A DNA stretch of 64,000 bases, from contig OX597815.1 in assembly GCA_951406725.2 (NCBI GenBank), forward strand, positions 41,540,001 through 41,604,000, read 5' to 3'. The notes beneath the pieces are model-generated. The model ran no database searches and was not told the DNA's origin. It saw only the letters and a program-made list of their open reading frames with translations. This DNA comes from Octopus vulgaris. Lineage: Eukaryota. Of this stretch, positions 11,821-25,244 are shown piece by piece (the first letter of the stretch is position 1; each line of letters begins with the position of its first letter). The position numbers and the translations under genes were made by a program.

Positions 11821-12189
11821 ATATATATATGTGTGTGTGTGTGTGTATTTATATATATTTATGTTTCACTCGCAATCCCTTCACAATATTCTGTCACTTA
11901 TATTATGGCATTTGAACCTCAAGGGTATGCCCTTCATCTTGCCACTATCTATCTCTCTGTCTTCCTTTACTTAGGCGTCTCATTTATACTCTGATGCTCG
12001 ATATTTTGCCTCCATCTCCATCTTTTGGTTTTCACTCTCCCTCTCCCTCTCCTGCACTTCCCTGACTGTCAGCAACTTTTTTTTTCTTTGCGGCAGCACA
12101 CATGTTTCTGTCTTCATTCCCGGCTGGGAAACCTTTCACTACTTCTTTCAGCAAGACACCTATATTTATCTCACTATTACCTTTTCGTC

Positions 12190-12385
12190 ATCACCTCCCT
12201 CAATGCCTCCTTCCCTCTTAAAAGTTTTTGTCTTGCAAGTACTTGGTGACCCTGTCAGTGCGAGTGCCACTGAAAAGCACCCAGTCCATATTGTAAAGTG
12301 GTTGGTGTTCAGAAGGACAACCAGCTGTAAAGACCTTTCCAAAAATGACCTCACCTGTGCTTGTGCTACATAAAATGCACTAAGT
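12190..12385 (+). mobile_element. Degenerate RTE LINE 3' UTR fragment
   Basis: GTGCCACTGAAAAGCACCCAGTCC...GTGGTTGGTGTTCAGAAGGACAACCAGCTGTAAA resembles family C and 54190-54450. Confidence 0.55.
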
Positions 12386-12389
12386 CAAC

Positions 12390-12752
12390 ATCTGCAATGT
12401 TTTTCTCAGTCCTACTAGTTGCAGCTCTTCCAGAATATTGATTACTATCGATATTTGTTCAGCTTATTCACTCCTCTCCATACACTTTCTGCAACTTTGC
12501 TTAGGCCTCTGAGCAGGTATCACCAAGCTTTTGTCAAAATTTTAAGCAGATTCATGATCAATGGAATGATTACATGCTACACACATTCCTTCCAGGTACT
12601 ACTGTAAACAGCAGAAATGAGCTAGAATGTTAAAACTTAGTGAACATACACAGCAGAGTTCAAGGTCAATTTCTGCCAAGCAGCTTTACTCTACGTGCTT
12701 TTGCTTCATTGCAATGACAACAATCCAGATTCTTATTGATCAGACCTCATAT
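12390..12752 (-). mobile_element. 5' end of a mariner element (same family as 43381-44265)
   Basis: Terminal ...AATCCAGATTCTTATTGATCAGACCTCATA and about 260 bp collinear with 43985-44265. Confidence 0.8.
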
Positions 12753-14266
12753 TTATCCACCATATAAAAAAAAAAGAAGGGCTATAAAACAAACGAGTGA
12801 ACAAAATGACATTGGCACATGCACACATGCAACATGCACATACAAACGACACTTCTCATATTTCATAATTGTATGCATGACATACATTCCATACTTACAA
12901 ATCTCATTTATGCACTACCATTTCAGATTTGTATACCTCATATATTCACATTATATATCCATTTGTACTTCTTTCTTATCTTTCAGTTACCTTCTTTCTA
13001 TTGTTCTGTTGCCAAATAAATTATACATTTTCAGTATTTGATGAGTTTTTAATATCAGTTTAAGTCTGAACCTCAACAAGCTCTGAATTTAGAATGTAGC
13101 CCTTCCTCCCTGAAGTCTTGAAAACATGAGGAAACATGGGTTATTAACTAAAATAGCTAATGTTATTTCTGTTGCTGCTTTTTTCATCTTTCCTCATATT
13201 TGAGATATGCAAGTTCAACAGGAATACTACAACTTAGCTTGTGTTTCATTAATATAACATTTCTCAGATAATGAGGGTTTTGAAATTTCAACTAAGAAAG
13301 GGCTCCTAAGTTTGGTGGGAAATGGAGACTGAAAGAAGACCTGTTGTTTTATATACTTTTTTATCAATCACTCACAAGGCATTGTTTGGCCCAAAGTTAT
13401 AGTAGGATACACTTACTCAAGGTGTCACACAGATTGAACTCAAAATCCCATAGTTGCCAAGGGGACTTGTTAACCACACAATCACAATCATGCCTTTGTC
13501 TAAGTCAGCTATTTATATTTCATTAATTTAATGAACAGAAAGCATGAATAATTTTGGAGGAAAATTATACCAACATTATGTTCTATTTTGCAAAAAGATT
13601 TCTTGTCTATTTTTTTCTTGTAATTTTCAGATAATTCATAGTAAATCCAGAATGGGCTATTCTAGATTGCATTAAATTTTATTTACAAAAAATCTCTGAA
13701 CTGCTAAAGCATACTGAATATCATTAAACTTTTCCATCTGCAGTTAGTTAACAATTTTTATTTCCTCTGTGACATAACTTGTGCTGGAGGTGGTTCAAGT
13801 GTAGCTTCAGTAAGAAATGGGTGGAGGAAGTTCTTAGTCTGATTGCTAAGAAAGATTTATCTTTGTGTCTGTCTGCTGCCTGTATGTATGCCTCTGTCTG
13901 TCTGTGTATATATGTATGCACGCATGTATGTAAGTGTCTCCTGCCCACACACACATTCATACATTTAAGCAATGTAACTCTGCATGTAAGGCAGAGAGAA
14001 GCTCAAAGAGATTAGAGAGCAGCAGAGAATCACACCATTAATTGATGTAGGGAGGAGAAGTGGCTTCCCTGGTATGGACATATGGTGCAAATAGCAGTAC
14101 CTGCTGTGTTAGGGTGGGTCATGCACTGACAGTAGAAAAAACCAATGAATGAGCAGGAAGAAGTGGTGTGATCAAGGTCTTACAGATGAGATGACATAGT
14201 TTCAAGTGTAGTTACTGCTTTGCAGTATTTCACTCATACACTCATGACATCATGGGAAAATGGGCA

Positions 14267-14479
14267 TTAAACCCTTTTCATACCAACCTGCCTGAGACTG
14301 CCTCTGATACAAACTTTTTGCTTTAGAGTGATCTAAACCAAAACGTTCCATCAAAATTTCATATTACTTTATGTTCCAAATACCAGCTTACTTATGACAA
14401 AGTTATTTTACTATATTCGTTAAATTAATTAAAGCAAAAGCTGTGTATTTCAATAAAAAATGAGTTTTGAATGGGTTAT
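14267..14479. mobile_element. piggyBac-like (TTAA/CCC...GGG) MITE
   Basis: TTAAACCCTTTTC...GAATGGGTTA ends; an inverted homologous copy lies at 37471-37695. Confidence 0.6.
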
Positions 14480-14774
14480 TAAATTTTTTCTATAACTTTC
14501 TATGATATTATTACATTAGTAAAATTATATTAGATTTTATTAACACCAATTTGATTAGACTCGTGTTTCAGATCCTCTCTGGTGAGCCTCTTTCCTTTTT
14601 CTTTCTCAAATTGGTACTTAAGCCTGATAAAAGTTTATGCTGAAAACCTTAGCAGTTAATTAACTCATAATTAATAAATTAGTAACTTCACCAAAATACT
14701 TAATGAGAAATGTCTGTTTAAATTATTGAAACTCCCTAAATTGAAGTTATCTGCTTGAATATATGATTTTGTTA

Positions 14775-15175
14775 TTATCATCATCATTTAATGTCTACTT
14801 TTCCATGTATGCATGAGTCTGACAGAATTTGCCACATCAGATTTTCTATGGTTGGATGCCCTTCTTCTTTTTGCCAAGCTACACTATTTTCCAACCGAAC
14901 TAGTATTTCCTGATAGTTGGGTGTGTTTTTCACAAAAAACTGGATTCAAACAACATCACTTGTATGGTGATGAGGCCCTTTTACAGTCATCATATGATAT
15001 CAAGACAACGGTACATACATACACACACATATATGATAGGTTTCTTCCAGTGTTTATCTGCCAAATCCATTCACAAATCTTTGGTTGGCCCAGGGTTATA
15101 GTAAACATTTACTCGAGGTACTGCACAGTGGGACTGAACCTGAGATCACATGGTTGAGAAGCAAGCTTCTCAATG
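14775..15175 (-). mobile_element. Degenerate SINE with family A head and RTE-like tail
   Basis: Family A head at 15035-15175 (CAGTGGGACTGAACC); tail CATCATCATTTAATGTCTACTTTTCCATG...GGATGCCCTTC at 14775-14870. Confidence 0.6.
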
Positions 15176-15611
15176 CACTCATCCACAAGATCATAGTTAA
15201 TCTATACAACCAACTTAATCAAAGTTCACATAAACTTTAACGACTAAAAATTTCGTCCTACTTTCATTCATTGGACTGCTGCACTGCTGAGGCATCATTT
15301 TCAAGAATTTTAGTCAATCATATAGACCCTAGTATTATATTAGGTTGCTATTTTGTCAATCCATAGTTGTCAAATCACCAAGTCACACTTTCTTTAACAT
15401 CAGTAAACATAAACTGATATGATGAACTTTTGCACAGTTTCCATCTACGAAATTCCACTCCTAAAGTATTGATCAACCTGAGACTACAGCAGACACTTGC
15501 TGCACATTGAAACCACACCTTGAATCATGTGGCTGTGAAACAAACATTCTAACCATATGATAATAAATTTTTTAAATTATAGGATATTTAATTAACCTTT
15601 TAATTACCATA

Positions 15612-15775
15612 TTGCTGGTGTGTTTATGTCCCAATAACTTAGCAGTTTGGCAAAAGAGACTGATAGAATAAGTACTAGGCTTACAAGGAATAAATAAGTC
15701 CTGGGGTCGATTTATTCAACTAAAACCATTTAAGGTGGTGCTCCAGCATGGTCACAGTCAAATGACTCAGACAAA
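15612..15775 (+). mobile_element. SINE family A 3' half
   Basis: GGCAAAAGAGACTGATAGAATAAGTACTAGGCTTAC...GGTGCTCCAGCATGGTCACAGTCAAATGACT is the reverse complement of 4660-4840. Confidence 0.8.
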
Positions 15776-16762
15776 TATAAAAAATTAAAAGAATAATATT
15801 CTTAAAGTAAATTTCATCTCCTAATAAAATCAATTGGTCTACACAAAATATGCCTAAAAATTTAAATCAAATATTAGATCTCATTTTATGTCATCAATAA
15901 ATCTAGCTTTTTTTCTTTCTCAGATAATTATAAATCTTGTAGATTGAGGTGGCGTTTCAACACGGCCAGAGTCCAATGACTCAAACAAGTAGAGGATCAA
16001 TTATTATTACTTCCTTGGTTTGAAAACTAATGCTAAATGTGACGTGATGCCTTGTAAAGACTCTTATAACATTTATAAAATTGTTGTCTATATGTACACA
16101 AAACAGCCCTAATTTTCTCATAGGTTATTATTTAGAAAGGGCAGGTAGTACTTCTGTACTGCATTGCAAGTGGGGTTAAGACAACTTCCTTTTTCATGTT
16201 AAAAACCAATTTAGATGCTCCTTTCTATCCCCCTTCAAACACACACACATACACACACACAGTCAGTCAATCACTATCTCTACCTCCCTCAGTTTGTTTT
16301 TCATTTGTCCCAGAGGCTAAAAGGTCTAGCTTACACAAGTGGAGTGAGAGGTATGTTTGTTTTCTTCTCTCAGCTAGGTAACTTCCTCCTGTTGCTGTTG
16401 TCACCAGCTGATGTCCAGGAAAAGGAAGCACTAAGTTTGTTTCCAACTTGGCCATCTGATCTCTGTTTCAGCTCTGTATTGCTTTTGTTGTTTTTAACCA
16501 TCCCATGTTGATTTTGGCCTTACACTCTCATATAAGCTTGTCATTTCAATCTGAAACCCTTATACTTTTTATTTATTTATTATTAACATACAAATCTTGC
16601 TTTTTTTTATTTTGGTCTTTTCTTAACTTTTTGGGTTTTTTATAAACTTTGCTATTTAGCTTCCATGTGGAAACCTTTTTCAAAATGTTTTGCAATCAAT
16701 ATTCCTTTTTTCATAATTTTGGTTAAATTATATTTACTGACAGCTAATTGTAGACAAACTCA

Positions 16763-17278
16763 TTATCATCATCATCATCATTGCTTAACGTCTGTTTTGC
16801 ATGCTAGCATGGGTTGGACGGTTCACCTGGGGTCTGGGAAGCCAGGAGGCTGCACCAGGCACCAGTCTGATCTGGCAGTGTTTCTACAGCTGGATGCCCT
16901 TCCTAACGCCAACCACTCCATGAGTGTAGTGGGTGCATTTTACGTGCCACTGGCACAGGAGCCAGAGGAGGCTGGCAAACGGCCACGATCAGATGGTGCT
17001 TTTACATGTCACTGACATGGACGCCAGTGAGGCGGCGCTGGCATCTGCCATGTTCGGACGGTGCTTTTAACATGTCACCGGCATGGGTATCTTAACTACA
17101 ATTTCCATTTGATTTTCATTTTGATGTTGGTGTTAACGTACTTGACTCAATAGGTCTCTACAAGAACAGCGGGTCACTCTACGATCCAAGGTTAGCACAG
17201 CAGGCCATCCTGCAAGCCATGAACTCACTTCATTTGTTTGGTCTTCGAAGTCACAGCATATCTCCAGAGGTCTCGCAA
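16763..17278 (-). mobile_element. 5'-truncated RTE-type LINE: ORF end plus 3' UTR and (GAT)n tail
   Basis: Minus strand RDLWRYAVTSKTKQMK* (typical RTE C-terminal DR..WR motif), then the repeat-containing UTR and GACGTTAAGCAATGATGATG. Confidence 0.75.
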
Positions 17279-17559
17279 ATAATAAGCAAATAAGCAAATA
17301 ATAATTTAACCAAGCTTCACTATGGCTGTGTAGCTATGAAGTAACATCATGACTGTCTTCTACTGCAGCTTTTGACTGACCAACTCCTTATGAGTGAAAC
17401 TGGGAGATGAAAACTGTAGAAGTAGTATATAGACATAGACAGATTCAAACACATGTGCATACACTCACTATATGTGTGTGTGTGTGTGTGTGTATGTATA
17501 TATGTGTATCCTAGTCTTGTGGGCTCATGGGTGCTAATTCCACATAAAAGCACTGATAC

Positions 17560-17762
17560 CGCATAAAAACACCTTTGCCAGCGCCACATATAAGTGCTTA
17601 GAACATTCTGTAAAGGGGTTGGCATTAGGAAGGATATCCAGCCATAGAAACCATTCCAAAACTGACAAATGGAGCCCAGGCAGCTCTCCAGCTTGCCAAC
17701 TCATGTCAAACCATCCATCCTTTTCCAGTACAGAAGACATATGTTAAAAGATGATGATGATA
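17560..17762 (+). mobile_element. RTE 3' tail fragment (family C)
   Basis: GGTTGGCATTAGGAAGGATATCCAGCCATAGAAAC...GTTAAAAGATGATGATG. Confidence 0.7.
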
Positions 17763-19926
17763 TATATTGTGTGTGTATGAGTCTCTATATTTGTCTTTTC
17801 ATTTGTACCATTTGGAAATTAGTGCACTGTATTTTTCTTATAACTTAGTGGATTGGCAAATAGAGATCAATAAGTACCAGGCTTTAAATAAAAGGTACTG
17901 AGATCAGTATGATTTGACTAAAAACTAAAAGAGCTTAACTTTCTTTCGATATATAAAATTTGTATTTGTAATATTGTGCTCTCATTAAACATATCCATGG
18001 TGTACATGTAGCCAGTTGAACAACTTGTTGGAATCTAGTTACTGACATCGTTTTTGAGGACCATACTTTATGTTCAAATATGCACTGGTTGATTCTACTG
18101 GGCCAATGTGACTTGGTCATACTCTCTTTCCTGGCCAGTCTTACTGTCTATGCATACCTGTTAATGTTTGGCCCTTAGTTGGCACTGAGTAGATCCAAAA
18201 ATCAAAGAAGATTCCACTCATGACCATCTCATCAGCCTCAATGTCTTTTGAGTGAAATTTGGTTGATGTAAACTGTTTGGAAGCCCATTATATATTGTGT
18301 GTGTTTGTGTGTGCCTTTCTTGATGAAAAAGTAAGGGTTGACTTCAAGGACATCTGACTGTAGCAGTATGATTCAGTATGTCTCATACAACTCATGCCAG
18401 CATAGAAAAATGGATGTAAAAATGATGATGATGATTTTGTATCAAATACTACAATGTAATTTTAGATACAACCTGTTTTAAAATGAAAGGATGTGATTTA
18501 AGGGAAATTTAGCTGCTATCTCTAGTTGGGGATCAACTAGATACAGGCTCTTATGTTGGCTGTAAATTCTGATAGTGTCTACAGCCACGTGAGCTACAGT
18601 TATTGTTTCTCTCTGATTGTCAAAAGTGGTGTGTATTCCAACACAGTGTTTGGTGTTTACAAGGCTGTTGATGCTACTTTATTTTATTGTGTATGTTTGG
18701 TTATTTATTTATTTATTTATTCTGTATTATTTGTTTGGACTTAGCGAGAGAGATCAGGTTTTCAGGAAGCTGTTGATGTAGCATTCCTGTTTATTGTAGA
18801 TGTGTATGTTGTAGCAAAGATTGCAAAGTTAGAGTTCGCTGCAACAAAAAACTGTAGTGTCTTAATTTTTAGTGTGCAGCCTGTGATGATGTAAAGTACA
18901 CTGTTTTGAGTTATTTACAGTTTGTTGTGGTTTGTAATGAAGTTATTGGGCACCCAAGTAGAACTACCCCAATCTATAACACTGTGTAACACATTTTTTG
19001 TCCCTGTGTAGCATCTGTTATTTCCTATTTGCTTAGCCCCAGAAAGTATGTAAAATGGCTTATATTTCCTTTAAACTTTGCATTTGTATGTTTACTCAAA
19101 CCCCAAAGAATCCCTCTAAACACATTGCTACGATGCTCCTCTACTACTCTTCCTCATGATCAAATGTGCACATATTGTCAGCAACTAAGGGACATGCTTA
19201 AGGTCAAGCAATTGACAAGCAAATCTGTGGTATTGAGCAGAATATTTGCTATAATGATATTTCTACTTCAGCAACTCAACACTGAATCTGTCTGATATGT
19301 AATGGAAAATAGGTCAGTTTCAAAACATTGATGTCCAGGTCACAAAAGGTTTGAAGGGAATAGTAATCATTTCCTTTTGATTTCTAGATAAAAGGAAATA
19401 AGAATTAACACTTACTTACTGGCCAAAGGAAAAAATAGATAAATAAATAAAAATTTTGTTACACAGTGTAATAGATTTATGTTATATTATTTATACACTA
19501 ATGTTGTTTCTTCTTTGTTTGCAAAAATGTCATAGCTATAAATGCTCAAGATGTGTATGCACATTGTTTTGTTTTCTTTGTTGTAGTATCTTATGTATGC
19601 CACAACATTGAATGTTTTATAAATGTTGTATGTGATTCACAGTGTTTTATGTATGTGTGGTGTGCTTACTGTTTTTCTTATACTTTTTCTTTAGTGATTC
19701 TGGTAAAGGAAACAGTGGATTAGGTAGATACTACAAGTCAGGTTTGTTGGCAGTTGGAGAAGTTAGTGGGGAAAGGTAGGAGGATGTGACTGTGATGTCA
19801 TCTACATATGAGGTTGTATGTATGTTTTGTAAAAGTAATGTTGGTGTCATGCAGCCATGTCTAGAGAAAGGAAGAGGATATTAATGTGTTATCAAGTTTG
19901 TATGTAATTTTTGCAGCAGTATAGAG

Positions 19927-20215
19927 CAGGGTTTCTCAACCGTTTTTTGATCTATAAACCCCTTTGATTACTATTTTTTCTGGTGGGCCACCATAGCCAT
20001 TTGATGTTTAAAAACTAGTTTTATAGACAACTTCTTTCAAAATTCCTATTTGGTTTCTCACACCTTAACTTGTGTAGGTTGAACTATGTAAAATGTTAGA
20101 GAAAGAAACCTAAGCAAAATTTTTCAGAGACACTTAAAATACTTGTTGGTCTACAATTTACTATTTTGTTATATGAACCCTCAGGGGCCATATGGATCCC
20201 ATTTGAGAACCTCTG
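19927..20215. mobile_element. hAT-type MITE, 289 bp
   Basis: TIRs CAGGGTTTCTCAA / TTGAGAACCTCTG; 8-bp TSD GTATAGAG (19919-19926) vs GTATAAGG (20216-20223). A related right end lies at about 44490-44518. Confidence 0.8.
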
Positions 20216-20309
20216 GTATAAGGTAATAAAAGTGAGAGGACTGATCATTGTGGTACTCCATTCAAGAAAGTTACAAATTCTCAAAGTGCTGTTGTTTTAT
20301 ATTATATGA

Positions 20310-20683
20310 GCAAAACGCCATCCCCCACCCCCTCCAATTAACGGTGCTGAGTTGTCAAACATTTAAACCAAATTTTCTCAAAGCAACTTGTTCGACCGTC
20401 CCATAGGCCTCCCCTTTGAGAAACACTGATTTAACCTAAATTTGAGACACCAGCAAAAGAAGAAATAAAGATAGACTTTTTTTCTATTCCAAGAAAAACG
20501 ATTTTACAAATGCACGTTCCCACGGCTTTATTGATCACATTCTCACCTAGAATCAATTTTTGTAATTTTTTCAAGACTTATACAAGCCCTGATACCATCG
20601 GTATCTACATATCAGATTTTACCGCAATCTCAGTGCCTGAGATCCTAGAAGACAGACAGACAGAACGGATTTTATATAATAGA
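20310..20683 (-). mobile_element. 5' part of a second non-autonomous Helitron
   Basis: Minus strand starts A|TCTATTATATAAAATCCGTTCTGTCTGTCTGTC, the same architecture as the 9478 end. No 3' hairpin or CTAG found, so the left boundary is approximate. Confidence 0.55.
20369..20428. mobile_element. Miniature hAT MITE, 60 bp
   Basis: 15-bp TIRs CAAATTTTCTCAAAG / CTTTGAGAAACACTG (12/15 match); TSD ATTTAAAC vs ATTTAACC (7/8). Confidence 0.7.
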
Positions 20684-23600
20684 TAATCTTAGTAACCTGA
20701 CTGGTAGTTTACCTACACCAGTATCGTGTGTTAATTCTAAAGAAGATTCACACAGATGGATAATTAAATAATGAAAAAGGAAAATAAAGTATTTTGGTAT
20801 CAGTGGTAACAGGGTGTAGAGGAATGACTGGAAAACTAGAGTGATGTTAATAATTAAGATGCAGGAGATTTTTGAGAGTTAGTAGAGTGCAATTTCAGGT
20901 AGAGTTGCTATTGTTTCTAATAAGGTGAATGACATTGTAGAATGTATGGACGACATTTTTTGAGAAGTGGGTCACATGAGATGCAGTTTGTCTTTAGGTA
21001 GGCTGCATCACTTAACAAAAAAAAAGAGGTAATTTTTTATTAGGCATACTGTTCAGAAAGTCTTGCAGGCCACAGGTTGTCTATGACTGATATAGAAGCT
21101 CTCGTTAAACACTACGACTAGCTGACATACTTGGATGTTAAATGGAGGAATATATTGTTAGCAGCAACGCAACAAGCAGACCATCTTGTCTACCAGAAAA
21201 CACCTCACTCTTTCTTTCTCTCTCTCCTCTTTTCCCTCTCTCTCTCTCTCTGGTGAGTGGTTGGTGAAAGAGGTGGAAGGTCTACTGTCTGAAAGGTGGT
21301 GGTAGACAAAGATACTTAGAGGAGAGTGTGTGATGAAAGGAAAGAAAGGCTGCCAGTGTTTCAGTTACATTTATAGATACACTTACATAAGCTTCGTTAT
21401 AATAAGGTTGAGTGAGTGGTTTTGATGGTTACAGATGTAGAACAAGCTCATTTTATTTTAATTCACAAAAGGAAAAGCAACTTAACCATCTTCTAAGAAA
21501 CACTTTCTTATATATATTTTTAGTAGTTTGTTATTGATGAAATTTATTAAATATGTTATATGCAGTTTATCTTGTCTAACTTGTTCATATTTGAAAATGT
21601 CAAGTTAAAGCATAAGGCAAGTTAATACAAAAATTTAGTTAGGTAATAGGGAAGATTTTCGTGTGTACTATTCTTAAATGGTCATAGTGGGAGGAAAATT
21701 AAAGAAAATTTGATTTAAAAAAATATATATATGTATAATTCTAACATTTTAGCTTTGGAATCATGGTGTCACTTTCATTTGTCTGACAAGTAATTAACCC
21801 TTTTTTCCCAAGCTTGACACCAAATGTTCTGCAAAAATGTAATATACAGATTTCAGGAAATCCATAAAATTACCAATAGCTTTCAAAATTGAAAATGTCA
21901 AGATTTTTCCAATTTATTTTCTTTTGACATTTTTTTTGTATTTTTTAAAATTACACTTTGTCATGATACTTTTGTATTTTTTTTATGAAGGATGTATTAA
22001 ACATTAGTGTATTAATGGTATTTGTGACTGAATTTTCTCAATTTTGGCTTTTAATCTATAGAATACTACCATGCAGCTTTGCTGTAAGTAAGCAGTGAGC
22101 CAGTCAGACACTTCTAAGATGGTGTAACAAATTAACTTCACTAATTGGTGATGCTTAGTTTATCTGCTGCAGTAACTGATTCTACTATAACCTGGAAATA
22201 GTATTATTATTTCAAACATTTATTCAAATAAACCAGAAAATATCTTTTGATATTTTTTTAGTGTTAAAGTGCAATCTTCAGTTTTTTTTAAATTACTAGT
22301 AGCAGATTTTTACAGGAATTCAATAACAATATGCTAGATGGGTTGTTCAAGAAATCTTCTTAATTTACATTATGATGAACAGTTTACTAAATATAGTGTC
22401 ACGGTTTTCTGTACCATTTAATTATCCAATTTCAACCAATATTAAAGTACAACAGTTAAGTGCTGAATCAGCTTATGTCTGCCTTGTATTGTCCTTGAAT
22501 CTTACCTAATGTTAGCAACAGTTGCAAAGTCAAAGTAATTATACATTTTATGTGACTGAGTGGTGAATGTATTAATAAATTTAAAGACGATTCCATTGTT
22601 AAAACATGTGTTAATAATTAAAAAAGTTAAAACCAAATTATATTGTGTAAGCAAAGATCTGTTTGCTGTTACATTTAAACAATCAGCTGTGTTTATATAA
22701 AAATTGTTAAGTTAAACTTGAGTTAAAAAATAAGCTAATTATACTAAACTTAAAACAGTATTATGTGAATTGTTTTTATTTCACTAGTGAATTATAGGTA
22801 TCTTGTTGTATATGTGCTTACTATTACAGAAAAGTCCTCCATAGTTTTCAAAATTTCCTTTGATAATTATCAAAATGTTTTCTTTTGGTTCGAACTCTTT
22901 GATAATTAAATTCCTAATGAGAGAAATTTGTTATTTGAACCAGGTCTAATGGGGCAAGTACTGAGTGCATCATGCACTTAGTAGCTGCTTTTATTAAAAT
23001 CAACTTGAAGAACAGATAGTTCTTTGAGCTGCATTACTTGCATCAACAGTAACGTAGACACCACACAGTATGCAATATGACTTAATTTGTATGGTGGAGT
23101 GATGGGAAAACTTTTTTCTTACATCCTGTCTTGTCAGTAAAAGAAAAATATTTTTTGTAGTAACTGTCTGATAAAACAAAAATAAGCACATTACATAATT
23201 AAGTCTACAAATATAAAGAGTGAAATTCATTCCCAAACTTTTGAAGCGGGAAGATTTTTGTATTTAGGTAACATTGGTTAGTAAATAACTATCTATACAA
23301 ACAAGAAAATATTTTCCCATAACATGATTTTTCTTTTAGAGTCTTCAACCTTAAAATCACTGCATATTTTTCTTGACTCGTTACTAGGACAAATTGAAGA
23401 AAATAGACGATTACTATTTGAACCATTTGCTATTTCCATAAATTTTCATTTATAATTTAATGTTCAGTATTTCATATTTGCGTTATTTGACATGTTAACT
23501 TTCCATTTCAAAGTTACTTTCAACATATTTCATTTATATGACTTAACTTTTGTGGGGTCTTATTTCTTCTAAATGCACAATTTGTATTATATCAACATAT

Positions 23601-23719
23601 TGTGTGTAGTGATATGTCTGAGACATAAATATTATCTACACCACATCTCCTCCTTAATCCCTGGTCTACTTCCTCCATTTCCTGTCCCTTTTCATTATTT
23701 AATTATCCCATTATCTGTA

Positions 23720-23878
23720 TATGTTTCTGTCTCTAGATACCCATCTATGTCTTTGCTGTCTATCTATTTGTCTATCCAACTCTTGTTTGTCTGTCTATCT
23801 GTACATGTTGTGCTTCTTTATTCATATGTCTGTGTCTGCCTGTCTCTCTCTGTGTTTCTCTCTCTCTCTCTCTCTCTG

Positions 23879-23909
<31 letters not shown>

Positions 23910-24135
23910 ATTCATTTGTCTATCTGTCTCTATTCATTTGTCTATCTGTCTCTATTCATATGTCTGTCTGTCCCTATCCTTCTACCTGTCTGTCCATATC
24001 CCTCTGTTTGTCTGTCTGTCTCTAACTGTTGATCTGTCTGTCTGTCTGTCTCTATTCATCTACCTATCTCTGTTCAACTACCTATCTCTGTTCAACTGTC
24101 TCTATCTGTCCATCTCTGTCTGTTTGTTACTGTCT
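23720..24135. repeat. (CT)n/(TCTG)n/(TCTA)n low-complexity tract
   Basis: Direct reading; explains the LS-rich ORFs. Confidence 0.9.
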
Positions 24136-24142
24136 CAATTCC

Positions 24143-24385
24143 GCAGGACTCATAAGGCTGGTTATCCTATTTCCATTGTGTGTAAATGAATGAGATCATA
24201 ACACTTCCCCTGAACAGGATGCCAGACAGAGTTACTCATTTATAGATGAGTGGACTGGAGCAAAACACTTAATGTGAAATGAAATGTTTTGCTCAAGAAC
24301 TCAACACACTACCTTGACCAAGAATAGAAACCACAACATTGCAATCATATGTGTAACACCCTAACCACTAGGCCATACACTTTCA
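24143..24385 (-). mobile_element. tRNA-derived SINE family E (CORE plus Deu/Nin-like centre)
   Basis: Minus strand TGGCCTAGTGGTTAGGG...TTCTTGAGCAAAACATTTCATTTCAC...TGCTCCAGTCCACTCATCT; homologous to 26229-26470 (+) and 56420-56500 (-). Confidence 0.7.
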
Positions 24386-24761
24386 CAAACATAATATATG
24401 AACATAATTTTAAACCTGATGTATGTAGAATTTAGTTGACATTTTCTCTGGAGAAATCATTTTCTTAGTCAAATGACTACCATCAAAGCATCTGTAGAAT
24501 GTTTTAGTAGGACTTTCAGTTTGAAGATATTTTTGCATCAAAACAAGAGAAATAAAATAAAACTCTGAGCCAAGGAAGTAAGGTCCCTGCATAGTCCTTT
24601 GACATGCTAGAAATTGCAACCAAACTTCTCTCAAATCACTTTTTGATGACTTAAAGAAAGGACACACTGGATTATTTTGCATTACTTGGAGGAGGGAGGT
24701 CTCCAAGACTACTGGAAGGAAGTGGAAAGATATTTTTGGGCCTGATTCCTGATGGTAATGG

Positions 24762-25004
24762 TTAACCTTTTAGCATTCAGATTATTCTGTCAAATGTCAT
24801 GCTTATTTATTCACATTGTTTTGAATTAATCATATATTATGTCATAGCTTATCATATATTATCATATATTATCTCATTTTGATGAAGTAGTTGTATATGT
24901 TTTGAATGACATTGTTGGGTGAGAGGCCCAACATGGCTGGTTTGAACATAAAACAGGTAGAATATTTAGGGTGGATATGGCTGGTTTAAATGCTTAAGGG
25001 TTGA
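24762..25004. mobile_element. piggyBac-like MITE
   Basis: Ends TTAACCTTTTAGCATT and AATGCTTAAGGGTTGA form imperfect TIRs within TTAA-like flanks. Confidence 0.6.
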
Positions 25005-25244
25005 TTTATCACTCACTAAATGAGTTGACAGATTAAGTCATTGATTGACCAACCATGTGATGGATTAAGTTCATGATCCACCAAATGACTTGATGGATTA
25101 AGTCAACTGACCGCTAATGCTAGATGCACTGTACACCTCCACCCCTAAAAAAGCCCTTATCTGGAAAACCTTTGATCATAGTTCTGTTTGATCAGAATTG
25201 ATCTGGGGCTAAACAAAAGAATGAGAAGCTGAGAGAAACATCTT

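Noticed and set aside
13748-16550. Possible minus-strand exon pair (16335-16550 with GTAAGC donor; acceptor at 13846)
   Set aside because: All three frames of the 216-nt segment contain stops, its acceptor is purine-rich, and I recognise no homology; unsupported without RNA data.
18975-19296. Probable interspersed repeat (also 5920-6070)
   Set aside because: It looks like repeats I recall from octopus DNA, but it is single-copy here with no demonstrable TIR pair or TSD, so I did not list it as a feature.
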